This document shows positions 38,700 through 50,900 of a stretch of 64,000 nt of DNA, one piece after another. The translations under genes were made by a program, and so were the position numbers. The stretch comes from Hydrolagus affinis (taxonomy: Eukaryota): contig JAAILG010000851.1 of the NCBI GenBank assembly GCA_012026655.1, forward strand, positions 1 to 64,000, given 5' to 3'. Position 1 is the stretch's first letter. The number at the start of each line of letters is the position of its first letter. The notes beneath the pieces were generated by a model. The model was not told the origin of the DNA. It made no database searches and worked only from the letters and a program-made list of their open reading frames with translations.

Positions 38700-38880
38700 C
38701 TTCATGTGCTAATAACATAAAACAATCCAGTTTATGTTGTTCTTTAACATCTGCATAGATAACTTCCTGGTGCGGTCGTAAAATGACTATAGTAGCAGTT
38801 ACAATCCCTTTTGAAACTGTCGCAATTAGCTTTCCGTCAACTCTATATTGCACCACCTCCACCATTTTCAACCACATATC
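38700..38880 (-). mobile_element. Possible highly decayed RTE-clade reverse transcriptase fragment
   Basis: ORF 38662-38877 has VQYRVDGKL...EVIYAD..EQHKLDCF, resembling RTE IxYRxDGxLF...ELxYADD...LQxxLDxF. Confidence 0.4.
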
Positions 38881-41689
38881 GATTAAAGAGTTAAATAATA
38901 ACTACACAGCATACATTATAAAAATACCTTTGGTCTGGCTTTGTTATAAAAATACCTTTGGCCTGGCATTTGTTAATGATTCAGTATTTGAAGGGCTGCA
39001 TCTATTGACATTTAATTTGCTGCTGAATTACAATCTTATTATCTCAGAATTACAGTAAAACTCACATAGGGCATATAAGTCGGGACAATCACATTTAATA
39101 TGATGTATGTGAAGTATGAGTTACAGGAAAACTTGTGTAAATCATATAAAATCCAATTAATCAATAATCTACATTGCACACCAGTGCAGCTGGAAAGTAC
39201 ATAACTTGTTGACGGATCAGAACTTAACAGTCGCTACACTTGATGCATTTCATGAGATATTTCAATGCAATAAAGTAGTATATCAAATACAATTATTATA
39301 CAGTAGTTACTGTTAGATATTACGATATCAATTCACAAGAAAGATTGCTCTTGGACAAATACAAATTTTTGAACATTTATTGATTGCAAGCACTGATCCA
39401 TTACTGCAATACATATTGTCAGCGCTCTGAGATGCCGCCCGGTGTGGTGGGCACTTTATAAATCAAAGTTATTGTTGTTGTCATCATAACCATAGCCATC
39501 CAGAAAGAAATATACAAGGCACTAGAATCTGACTCAATTATTTAAAATTCTATTAAGCTGCATGTAAACCTGAACATCACAGGAATTCTTTTGGTTTTGT
39601 AGCTGTATTTCTTGGTAGCACACCAATTAACAAAACCTGCAATATCTGCTTTTCTTCATAGTAAAACACGCAAAGCATGCATTTGGAAAAGACTATGATA
39701 CCCATTACAAAATAAATTCAGCAGCAAGAACCCAATCCAGGCTGAATTTTCCCCACGCGCCCACAGATATATAAAGCAATTGCAGTGCCACCAAAGAGAT
39801 CAAGTTTGACAGATCAGGATCAACCTGAGGTTCTGTATTGCTCAGAATCATATTGGGCAACACAATATATTCACCTATTGAGCCAAAGGCAGCACCACGA
39901 CCACAACAATTGCACTTATATTGCACCTTTCATGTACAGTAGTAGAATATCCAACGCTGAGTGCAAGTGTGATCTGGGTGGAGAGAGGTAGGAGGGCAGG
40001 GATTGTTGGGAAGGTGGCTGAAGAATCAGGTTTTTAAGACTGATTCTGAATGCAGGGAGGGTGGAGGGGTTTAAGGAGAGTTCAGTGTGAGGGACAAAGC
40101 AGCTGCCAGTGGAATGGAGGATAAGCAGAGAGAGTGGGCAGAGGAGTAGGAGATCACAAACATACCTATGTGTAGCTATTAGGAAGTTACTCAATGGGAC
40201 CACACAAAAGTGTTAAATTTTCATGCATAAAACTTTGTGCTGAGTAACAAAGCAATACAGTACTGTAATTCAGTTAATTTGGCTAACTCCCCTTTTTCCA
40301 TGTTAAAAATCCATTCCATCTGCCTGCTTTTTCCCTGTATCTCAAAAATATAATTCACTGCTCGCATTATCACTCCTAGAAATATGCTCCAAGGACGTAA
40401 TAACAATAAAATAATTAATAGAATTGTGTATTTCCTAGTTTCAATGTGTGTTTCTTTGTTTATTTGCAATTCAGAAAACAAAAACAACTTGTATTCATAA
40501 CAACCTTTCAGCGTAGTAGTGTCTTGCAGGGCTTAACAGTCAGTAGTGGAGCTTGATTCTGAGCTGGCATCAGGGGAGAGGTGACAATAGGCATGATCGA
40601 ACAAAAAAATCTTCAGGTAAAGTTAGGTCAAGATCAGGCCAATAAAAGAGAAGGCACAAAAGTAATTAATGCATATACTCTAAAGACTAGTCCATCCTCC
40701 TATCATGCTTTTTCTCTTCATGGTCGCCTCTGATAACAGCTACAAATAAAACAGTTCTCCCTTTTATCAATATTTACATTCAATGTAGCTAAGATAATAG
40801 CGACAGAATAGGTCTGAAATTCACGAACAAAATGCACCTGCTACTCCATACAGGCACTGCTTGTTCCCAAATCAGCAAGGAAATTAAAGTTACCATGGAG
40901 GATGCCCCAGTTATGGCATCCCAGATAGGTTGGTTAGCTCAGACCAGACAACTTCATCATACATATGCTAATCAGCCATGTTCCTGCTATCTAATGATCA
41001 CTATCTAATGATCACTGCTAGATAGTGCTTGTGTGTAGATGTCAGGCCAGAGTTAGGCTCAGCTCTGAAGTGGTGTCTCTCATCCTCTCCTCCTGATCAA
41101 ATAGCCTGACACAATGTCTAAAACCATCAGGAAGAAGTTACTTGGAATATACTGGAGGTGAAGTCATACACCTAGCATTGTCTCCAGTAAAGAAAACAAA
41201 ATTAGGGGAGAAAAAACTATCAAATTTTAAAACAATTCCAAATCTGTTTTCTAAAACTATAATAAAACTGTATACATATCACAATTAAAGCAGCTTTTTA
41301 ATGTGCTCCCAGCAATACAATACTGTACCCAAGTACTGTAGCTTACTTTAAAGGCACTAACCTGTGTAGCACTAATTCAACCAGGTGTTTGTAAAATTGA
41401 ATCCTGATAAGTGTTGAGTTAGCTGATCTCAATCAGGACAGCAATTGGGACAGTAAAGTTAGGGGGATGTATGAGTTTGTAGGGAGGGGGACAGGAGAAA
41501 GAAAACAAAAATCAAGCAGGCTCGCTGAACAGTATTCAGAGAGCTACCAGTTGTAAAGTGCAAGTGTGAGAGGGTTGGGCTTAACTCTGATGTTCAAGAG
41601 CTCCAAGATGCTGCCCCGCATGAAGGATGCTATATAAATGCAAATTGTTGCAGTTGTTGATGTTTCTAGCAGTTATACCCTATCTGCCC

Positions 41690-42090
41690 TCCACCCTCCC
41701 TTGATCCTCTACTTTTTCAAAATCTATATGTTCCTCTTTGGAGACATCATCTACAGACATGGGGCTAACTTCCATAAGCGGATGACACCCAACTGTATCT
41801 TTCTGCCTCCACCCTAGATTCCTGGACCGCTGCTGTCAAACATCAAGTCCTGGATGAGGGCTAACTTCCTACAGTTGGACATTTCTGAATATCAACAAGA
41901 CTGAGGTCCTCCTGATGGGCTCATGCCAGAGCCGCCCCACCTCACCAAGCCAGTCAATTCAAGATCCTCGTCCTCAACATCGGTCCCCCCCACCCCACCC
42001 CCCCACCTTCCTTCCACCCTCCCTGATTCCCAACTCCAAAACACTGAAGGTCAGGAGATGCTATACAAATGTAATTTTGTTGTTGTTGTT
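41690..42090 (+). mobile_element. L2 fragment with RT catalytic-motif remnant and 3' tail
   Basis: GCGGATGACACCCAACTGTATCTTTCT = ADDTQLYLS; also IKSWMRANFLQL and NKTEVLL. Confidence 0.85.
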
Positions 42091-42426
42091 CATGGTACCC
42101 AGTGACATAAAACCATATCCCAGAATGAAAGGAGATGAATGTATCCTTCACAAGAGACAAAATGTGGGTAGAGGAAAAACATAGGCAGGCAATGTATTGT
42201 GTCTGTCTTTCTCTATTGATGCTGAAAACGTCTAGGACATTCTCTGGCTTTATCTCGTTTACCAGCACCTGCAATTCTTCCTTTCTACTGTACAACATTT
42301 ATGGCATGTATTGCTTCATTTACAATTCTTGGCTTTAAACCTCTGCAAAAAGCTTAAAACTTAATTTAAAAACCCTAGTATTGGAAGAGAACACTATAAA
42401 GTCACTGTAAAAGAGTGACCTTTCAA

Positions 42427-42446
42427 ACACACACACACACACACAC
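42427..42446. repeat. (AC)10 microsatellite forming the TCTA intron 1 donor
   Basis: Read directly from the sequence. Confidence 0.95.
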
Positions 42447-42657
42447 CTTGTCTGTAGTACATGTCATTGACTGTGGCTCCATAAAACTTCCAGGCAACGT
42501 AAATAGCCACCAGGCTGCAGACCAGCCAGCCCAGGAGGATTTTGAAGATAGTCACCCTCATGTCATTGGTGTCCCAATCCTGGGCAAACTCACTGCAAAA
42601 AGCAAAGACCCCCTCCAGGAGGAACGAGGTGATCCCTAAATCCCACTGCAGCTCCAT
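42447..42657 (-). CDS. TCTA: TCTA (T-cell leukemia translocation altered) exon 1 coding part, 211 nt; full protein 102 aa with a single hydrophobic segment
   Basis: Kozak GCGGCCATGG; SEFAQDWDTNDMRVTIFKILLGWLVCSLVAIYVAWKFYGATVNDMYYRQG matches human [50 protein letters not shown]; 211+55+43=309 nt in frame. Confidence 0.95.
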
Positions 42658-42659
42658 GG

Positions 42660-43400
42660 CCGCTCCAAGTGCAGCATAACTTGGGACTTTACTCTCCTCT
42701 TTTTCTTCTCTCTTCCCCCTCCTATTTCTCTCTCTCTCTTTCTCGCAAGGTTATTTGTTCATCTCTGCAGTGACAGAAAGCCGAGAGGCCGGGCGCCCTT
42801 GCTTCATCGCTCCCTCCTCTATGTGTTTGTCTCTGGCTCAATGCCGCCACAGGGCCTCGCAACCAAAACCGCTCGTCTCCAAACACCAACCCTCCCACCC
42901 CGACACGCACTTTCCACAAAACGTTTCACGTTCACCCCACCCCCTCCCCCCCCCCCTCAAAGAAATACATTTCCTGAAATACAAACTAGATTTAAACAGC
43001 ACCCGTTTATATGTGTATATGTGTGTGTGTTTGTGTTTAGTTGTGTGTTTAACTTTGTTTGACGAGCGAACCGTGGCAACATTAGAGAATCGGCTATTTC
43101 GAATCAAACCTTCGGCGGGGATTTGCTGTAACCTAGGAAACGCGGCCTGGGGATGGTTTTCATTGCTCAGATTAACTACCACCTCCACACCGGGCGGCGT
43201 CTCAGAGCGCTTCACAATGGCGGAGCCCGGGCGGGAGGGGAAAAGTGACTGTAAGCGCAGTCGAAGAGGTGCGACCTGAAGATGGAAAAGGAAGGGAAGA
43301 GGTGGAGGGAGGGAATTTCGGGGTGTAGCGGCTGAAGGTGCGTGTCAGGATGGGAGCGCTGGTGTTCGGAGGCTGAACTGTCGATCTCTCGCCACGAAAA
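42660..43400 (-). promoter_or_regulatory. CpG-enriched TCTA 5'UTR/promoter region
   Basis: Local CpG enrichment directly upstream of the TCTA ATG; RFX-like half sites (GTGGCAAC ~43073, GTAACCTAGGAAAC ~43128). Confidence 0.6.
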
Positions 43401-44134
43401 TGGGAAACAAAAGAGAATGTACTAGTGTTTGGCCTCAGTGGCACTGGGCTAGAGAGAGCTAAAAACCAAACCCTGGGGTTTTATTTTGTCGTGTTATTTT
43501 TTCTAAAATGGCTTTATGCCTTCTCGTCTGGCACAGCTCATCCTCGATGTGCAATTCAACAACAATTTATTTAGTGCCCCTCACGCAGCGCAGCATTGGG
43601 GCTGCAACTCACTTTACAGTATATTCTGTGAAGCGCTTTGGGATGTCTAGAAGACGTGAAAAGTGCAATATCAAATGTAAGGATTATTATTATTATCCCA
43701 GAGTTCCTCGGGCACCAATTGCCCTATGGTACCCGCCCAAGTGGCTGTTGTTCAGGTGTGAATCTTGGCAGTGAGTGTCGGCAGGCCTCTGTAGAGGGTG
43801 TCAGAACCGAGCCTGATCTCTCCCCACCAGCTCGCTTGACAACAACAAATTGTATTTATATAGTGGCTTCCACACCGTGTAGCTTAACAACGGTGGAGCC
43901 CGACGTGCACGCACGCATACACACACACACACACACAGGGTAGAGGGAACAGGAACGTCCGCTTCACCCCTTGCCTCCTTCAAGACCCATCTCAAAACCC
44001 ATCTCTTTCCCTGTGCCTTTGATCCCCCTCGTTCCTGACCCCCCACCGCTTGAGTCCGAAATACTGACTATCCAGGGCCTTTGGACTTCCTCTCAACGTG
44101 AAAGGCACTATCCAAATGAATTTTTTTGCTGTTT

Positions 44135-44310
44135 TGAATTAGTTGATCTCAGCTGAGGTGCCAGTAGGGATGCTATAATTAACCTGAGGAGGAGATACCC
44201 CAATCGAGCTGATTTCCTATTCTTGATCACTAACTGGTGACCGTTGCTGGAAAGTGTGCATGGGTACACTGGGTAAAGACATAATCAGGGTTGTAAATCC
44301 TGCCATTTGC
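44135..44310 (+). mobile_element. Old SINE-like repeat (family C)
   Basis: TTAGTTGATCTCAGC..CTATAATT..GACCGTTGCTGGAAAGTGTGCATG; related degraded copies at ~40900-41210, 41400-41600, 46500-46850 and 1000-1280 (-). Confidence 0.55.
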
Positions 44311-47300
44311 ACATCTCAGCCCTCAGACCACATTTCAGTTGAGGCGGCCAAAGCTTTGGTAGATAAGAATCTGGGAGAGGAAGCAGCTGATTTAAAGAGT
44401 GGACTTACTCACTGAATAAGTACTTCAATTATCCATGTAACATTTAAATTTAAAGTTGGGTTTAAACTATGTTATTCGATAACAATAGAATGATGATGCA
44501 GGTTTGCATTCATATCAAATGATCCTGTACAAATGTCATGTGCCCAGTGATGCTCAACTTCAGTTGAAGTTGTAAATTATTTTCTTTCTTGGAACTCAGG
44601 GCTTTCTTTCATGACAGAATGCTGGAAAACATATGGAAACAAGTAAGTGTGTGCATAAAGCTTGACTCAGTAAGTACGGTAATAAAATTACTTATTAGAT
44701 TTATTTGCTTTGCATAGGTACACATTGGCCATTGCATTCCAAATCACCTCCTTGAATGAGCTCCATAGTTCCTCTGCTCTCTTAGCCATGTTTAAACCTG
44801 CCAAGCCTGTACTGACAAGACAAGACTGCTCAAGAACATAAAATTGGTCTTAAAATTTGACATTTTTGTTTTTACAACCTCACCAATCCTTGTCATACTA
44901 AACGTGATAACAATATGATTACTGTTGCTTAATACCTCACCCACCTTTATGTTGGAGATTTAATGGTCCCTGTTACCCAAAACCAAATCCAAGGTGTTAT
45001 TTCTTCTTGTTGGCTCCTTTACAAACTGAATCATTGTTTACTATCCTTATTCCTTCAAATCAATAACTACATCTGAAAACCAATAAACTACAGGAGGATG
45101 GGGAAACGTCAGGTATATATGACTGAAAGGATTACTCTTTAAAAGAGACAGCACAGAAACAATGGGCTTTCAAACATAGTCTTCTAAATGTAAATTTCTA
45201 AGGTTTGTGGTGTGATACAATAGTTGTCAGAAGCCTTCCAATACCTCTCTAAAATACTGTTTCTTTATGTTTTAATCATATTAATATTAATTTGTGTATA
45301 GTAATCCTTGCATTTGATATTGTATCTTATTCCATCAAGCGGCTTTCACTTCAGGAGCATGTACTTTATGGGATTTGCTGTAAAATGTAGTGAAAGTATT
45401 ATCCATAATAATAGGCAGTGGCACACACTTATATAACACAAAAACAAAAGTTGCTGGGGAAACACTTTTATATGTCTAGTGGGTTATCAGGGTCTGTGAA
45501 TGTGTAAGCAAGTGTGTAGGGATAGGGGTACCACTGGAACCAGAGACATTGTAGGAGATGGGGGTTGGAGGATGGAATACACAATGCTTATACTGTCCTG
45601 AAGATGTCTTTTATATATTGTTCCCTCCAAAACAAGCTAGTTTCCTTTTTCTGGGGCAGAGGTATTTGTTTTACTATGGTTTCCTCATGGTCACATATTA
45701 GGCTAAACCCAATAGAGTTAGTTTGCATGATCTCTAACAGCATGCACTTTGCTACTTTATATTAAAAAAATTTAAGTGATTTTTGTCATTTCTTTTTCTA
45801 CGCACTGAGAACTATTTGTTTAAACAGAGAGTGCTGATGACATAATTTGAAAGCACGGCCTTGGAAGAGGTAGTCCGAGTCAGCTAAATTAGAAGGGAAA
45901 TTTTTCGGAGGGAGTTATTAACATATCCATTTATTCCTGTTCTTATTTTTTTTTTAAAAGTCTGTCATAAGATATGTAAAAATAAATATGATAATTTTCA
46001 TCCATCCTCTGCTCCTCCAGAACGTTTTCATGTAATTGTTAAGTATATTTTTAAGCTTATTTGTAACTTGAGTCTTTTCTGGAAACAACCCCCCCCCCCA
46101 AATTATTAGCATCTTTTTGCACTTACAATTACCAGATTAAAATTGTTTCCCCTCAGATTTTGACCTATATATTATCTTGATTTTTAAAATAATATTTTAG
46201 CCAGTTTTGCAACTAAAGAAAGAGTCAATTTCTGGATTACAAAATTACCCTTGAATATCCCTTCCCTCATTGAATAGCAAGGGACCTAACCAATGGTACC
46301 AGTGTGGAGCATACAATAAAGAGGTGTCAGTAAAGAATTTATGTCCTGGAAATTATCCATTTTTAGCTTACAATGACTGAAGTTACAGTAATTACAGAAT
46401 CAGTTTGAGAGCTTTCAAAAATAAGAAGGCTCTATATCGAAAAATGATTATAGACCCTTTTAAGCATGTGGCGCTAGTTGTTTTATGTGGGATACATGAC
46501 CACATATGTGATACTGAGACCTGTAAACAAGAAATGTTCTGAGTTCAAATATTGGTCTGTGCTGATCTCACTTAGTGAGTATGGCCTCATTTTGTAAGAG
46601 AAAAAATGTAGAGAGTTACTGCTTCTGATTACAATTCATTAATTCCTGCAGGAAAATGCAAGTGTGTTATTCATCACATGAGGACAGAATCAATTGTAAA
46701 CCAAACTCCCCTCCCTCTGGTCACATATACTGCCAGTACTCCCTGTGCGAGATTACACATAAATAGTTGCTTGGGTGAGATATTGGAAGGTTACAAGCAC
46801 TGGCAAAACCGTGTGCCAGTATGAGTCAGTAACTCCAGGAGAGTAGTGGTTTTAATTATACAACCAAATAGGTTATATTTCTGAAGCAAAAGGACTTGCT
46901 GATAAAACGTTTATACAGAATTGGATAGTCTTGATGCCCATGATATTGATTAGCCTGCCAAAACTCACAGCCACAAATAGCTATGATCTGGAGGATTGTT
47001 AGCTACATCAGCGCGAGAAACTTGTTTTTGAATCCATCTAAGGATCCGCAGATGGAATCCATTATGTGGCTCATCTGAATGTCAAAAGAGTGCACCCCCA
47101 GTACCGCAGTTTAGCTACCCACAATAGATTTACAAATAAATACATAAGAGTATTAGATGTCAATTTGTAGCACTCTCACTTCTGGGACAAAGGATTGTGG
47201 GTTCATTGTGTAAGACCCCAGCTCAGGTCCGAAACACTACTGTCCAGCGCCTTGGGACGTCTTCCCAACATGAAAGGTACTTCACAAATGTAATTTTGTT

Positions 47301-48237
47301 GTTGTTCAAGCTCTTGTCAAGACTTTAGTTCATAATCCATCCTTGCATCCATCCCACTGTTCAATATGCCATCCTTCAGACAAGATAATAAACTTGAGGT
47401 CCTACCTACGTTCAGATGAGTGTCAAATGATGGAATGACTATTCAAAAATAAAAAATATTCTGCCCAACAATGCTTCAGATTCATTTATTTCATGGGAAC
47501 TTTCTGTGCAGAAATTGGTTGAGGCATTTGCTTTCAAATAGTCACTGCATAACAATTACCTGTAAAGCACTTTGATCTTCTAGGTACTATTTAAAATACT
47601 AGGAAGGTGAAAGTGGAATGATGCTATTTCAAAAGAGGTGTTCTGACTAATAATACTCCAGATTAATTGGTCATTCACTTACTGGCTATTTGTGGAACCT
47701 TGCTGTATACAAATTGGCTGCTGCATTTATCTCATACACTATTCCAATAATTGTAATCTCCAGCAGTTCCCTATGAAGAACTTTGAGATGTTTTGTCAGG
47801 TTGTTATTTGGCTACAAAAATACAGATACTATTCTTCACAATAAAATGCTGTGAAGCGCTTTGAGACTTCTTGATGAGATATGAGAAGGCACTATATCAA
47901 AAAGCACGGTTTATTAGACTATTATTGCTTTAATTACAGTGACAAATGCATTCTGATTATTATCATGCCACAGCAACTGCCTACAGTGTGTCCTCTTACC
48001 CCCCCACCCCCACTTCCCATGAGGAATGAGCTGAAAGAAGCTGTCAATAGATGCATTTCGCCTCATCACTGCATCATGTTAAGGGAGAAATTGCACCAAA
48101 CATAGTGACGGATTATTATCTGCCATGATAATGAGGGCGCTCACAATGATCCTCTGGACATCTAAATACAGTTAAACAGTAGTATTATTTTTAAATACAG
48201 TTGAACACGTGTTGAATACAATTAAGTACATAATACT

Positions 48238-48772
48238 TAATAATCCTTGCATTTTATATGGCGCTTTTCACGTCTTCTAGACGTATCAAAGCGCTTCATA
48301 GAATATAGTGTAAAGTGAATTCACTGTATACTGTGGGTGAAACAAATGCGACAGCCAATCGCGCACAGCGGTGTCCCACAAACAGTCATGGATTGAAATG
48401 ACCAAATTATTATTTTTTTGAGGTATTATTAGGCGTGTGGAGTAAGAAAACTTGACCAAGGTTTCACCCTGCTTGGAATTGAACCCGGGTCTCTTGCTGG
48501 TAAGGCGATTATTATTATGATGATGATTATTGATTCCTCCCCGATTGCAGACAGCAGAGTCCCACAAACTGTGATAGATTGAGTGACCAATTTTGGGGGG
48601 ATGAGATTATTACCCTCATGGAAAAAGCGATCGGCCAAGCAACTGACAACCCACTTACTGCAAGGTAAACAGAGGCGTGTGGAGGCAGGAAACTTACTAA
48701 GGTTTGGATCCACCGGGAATCGAACCCAAGTCCTCTCGCTTGTGAAGTGAGTGCTCTAACCAACACACCGCA
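48238..48772 (-). mobile_element. Two adjacent/nested SINE family A copies abutting the CpG island
   Basis: Two heads (GAATTGAACCCGGGTCTC at ~48480; GGAATCGAACCCAAGTCC...GTGCTCTAACC at ~48720-48760), each with the AGGCGTGTGGAG core. Confidence 0.85.
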
Positions 48773-48799
48773 GAAGTAGTAAATGAGGGGTAGGGGGAA

Positions 48800-50900
48800 A
48801 GGCGGTAGGTATTTTTGCCGCCAGAGGTATCGCCTATCCCGGGATGCAACGACAATTAAGAACAGAAAGCTTTCACTGCAAACACTTCCAGTCGCATCCT
48901 TCCCAGCATGCGCCGCGAGTGGGAGTGGGGTGCGCGAATTGCTTGCAATTGCAACTACCCCTCCCTGGCTAGGGCTGTGGGCGCGCGACGCGTCCGCCGC
49001 AGGTGTGGCCGAGCGGAGCCGGCAGCGCACGCGCGTGTGTGTGTGTGTGTGTGGCAGAGCCGCGACGCTTCCATTGTACAGCGAGCAGAGAGGCAGCAGC
49101 GCTAGAGCCGGGGAGAGAGACACACACGCATATACACACACAACACAAGCAAAAAAAAACCAACACCCAATTCAATTCATCTTGCGGTAAGTCGCTCTCC
49201 AGAACCGGCTAATTCGAGATAGATTTTTAAAAATGTATGTACATATATAAAGGGTCTAAATCAGCTTTGAAAGAAGGTTAAAAAAAATGTTTTAAACCCG
49301 TTACACAGGAGAGGGCTGTCTTCGTCCGTCTTTCCTTGTTTCCGCCCAGGCCAGGCCTATGCTGCCGTGTTGTTTTTGTTAAATCCTCTCCCACCTCTCT
49401 CTACAGAGACCTGTCGTCTCTGACAGAACATTTCTCCCCCCCACCACCTCCCCACACACAGTTTTAGATCAACGACATTTAACGGTCGCTCGATTTGTCG
49501 TATGTTTTTTACACACACATTTAACGTGCAGGATTTATAGAAACTTTTATTTTTAGATAAAAAAAGAAGCAAATCTTTTTTGAAAGGTGGGGGTTACAGG
49601 TTTGGCGACTGCAAAAAGTGTTTCTCATTCGCTCCTCTCCTACCTCCTCCCCACCCACTCCCCCTCCCCAATATAATCATCTGTTGCTGGCGGCCGCCAT
49701 CTTGGGTTTGTAGGAGTTTGGTTTGACCCAACCCAAAGAAAATATGAAGAACCCAGGAGAAAAATAGGAAATTAAACATTTTAAGGGGGGAGCTGTCGAA
49801 TTTAGAGTCAGAATAGACCCGAATCTCTTCCCCCGCCCCCCCTTTCAAAGTCAAGTATGAAGTTGGGGGGTATTTTACAGGTCAAGTTTTTTTTCCTCCC
49901 TTTTTGGGGGAGGGAGGGAGAGCGGCCAGAAGTTTCAAAGCGAAACTTTTGTCGTTCGTGATCGCGAATCGGTCCTGATGGCTTTGTTTTTTTAGATCCT
50001 GTTTCCTGTTTGTAACGTTGGTAAAAACGATCGGGGTGACTCGTTTCCCTTTTTTTTAAAACAAAAAGAAGAAAATCAAGGCCGTGTCTGCATTTTTTTT
50101 AACGGTTGTAATCATCTTGGGAGGGGAAACCCTGCAGTTAAACCGAGCGGATAAATACCTTTTTTTTAAAAAGAAAACATATCTATTTGAAAGTAAGGCT
50201 TACACCGTGTCGTGGAGTAAGGTTTTTTTTCGTATCAAGAGTACAATTTTCTTAAATTAAAAAAAACGGAAAGATCAGAACATCTAAAATGAGGTAATCT
50301 ATTTTAAAATGGCAACCGCCCTAAATTTAGATTTTTTGGGGGGCTTAATGTCTGCGTTTTTTGGCCGTCTATAAACCTTACTCTTCTATTTAGATTTCCC
50401 AATTGAGACTTATTTTTGAGGTGACGAGGAGGAAAGGATTGATTTTTTTTCATCCGAATTGTTTTTTTTCTGTGCAGCAGAATGTTGCCGAGATGAACGA
50501 GTGAGAGTGCCTTTTTAAAATAAGCGCTGCACACTTGTATCTGATCACAAGCTACAATTTTATATAATTCGATCCTTCCCCCTCCCCCCCCCTTTCTAAA
50601 CTGCGTACGGCATTCAAAATAAAAGTGATTTGAAAGTGAAATGTTTGGGTCAAGATGACATTGTCTCATCTACAGAAGAACTTTTACATTTTTGTATATA
50701 ACGCTACGTTAATATTTCACACCGCAGTATGCATACATCTTGCTTGTTTTGCAAGGCTATGGTAGCCGTTCTGTTTTCGAGCCACGTTGACTTTTTTTTC
50801 TTGACACAAATAAGCGCTTGGGCGTTCATTTTAGTGAAGCAAAAGCGATGTATCTTGGACTGAACTAATGTCTTGGTTGATGCCAAATTTCTGTGCATGA
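48800..50900. promoter_or_regulatory. CpG island / promoter of a plus-strand gene (probably RHOA)
   Basis: Strong CpG enrichment, densest at 48900-49120; YY1 motif GCCGCCATCTTG at 49693-49704. Confidence 0.8.
49000..49186 (+). other. Putative non-coding first exon, likely of RHOA (start uncertain)
   Basis: Strong donor GCG|GTAAGT at 49186/49187 in the CpG island, followed by ~15 kb with no recognisable coding exon. RHOA is head-to-head with TCTA in other vertebrates and has a non-coding exon 1 and long intron 1. Identity is by synteny only. Confidence 0.55.

Noticed and set aside
42755-43279. 174 aa plus-strand ORF upstream of TCTA
   Set aside because: GC-rich promoter, low-complexity and repeat-derived sequence; no homology recognised
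48527-49190. 204 aa (-) and 135 aa (+) ORFs
   Set aside because: They span a SINE, a CpG island and a microsatellite (HTHTH/VCVCV runs), so they are spurious
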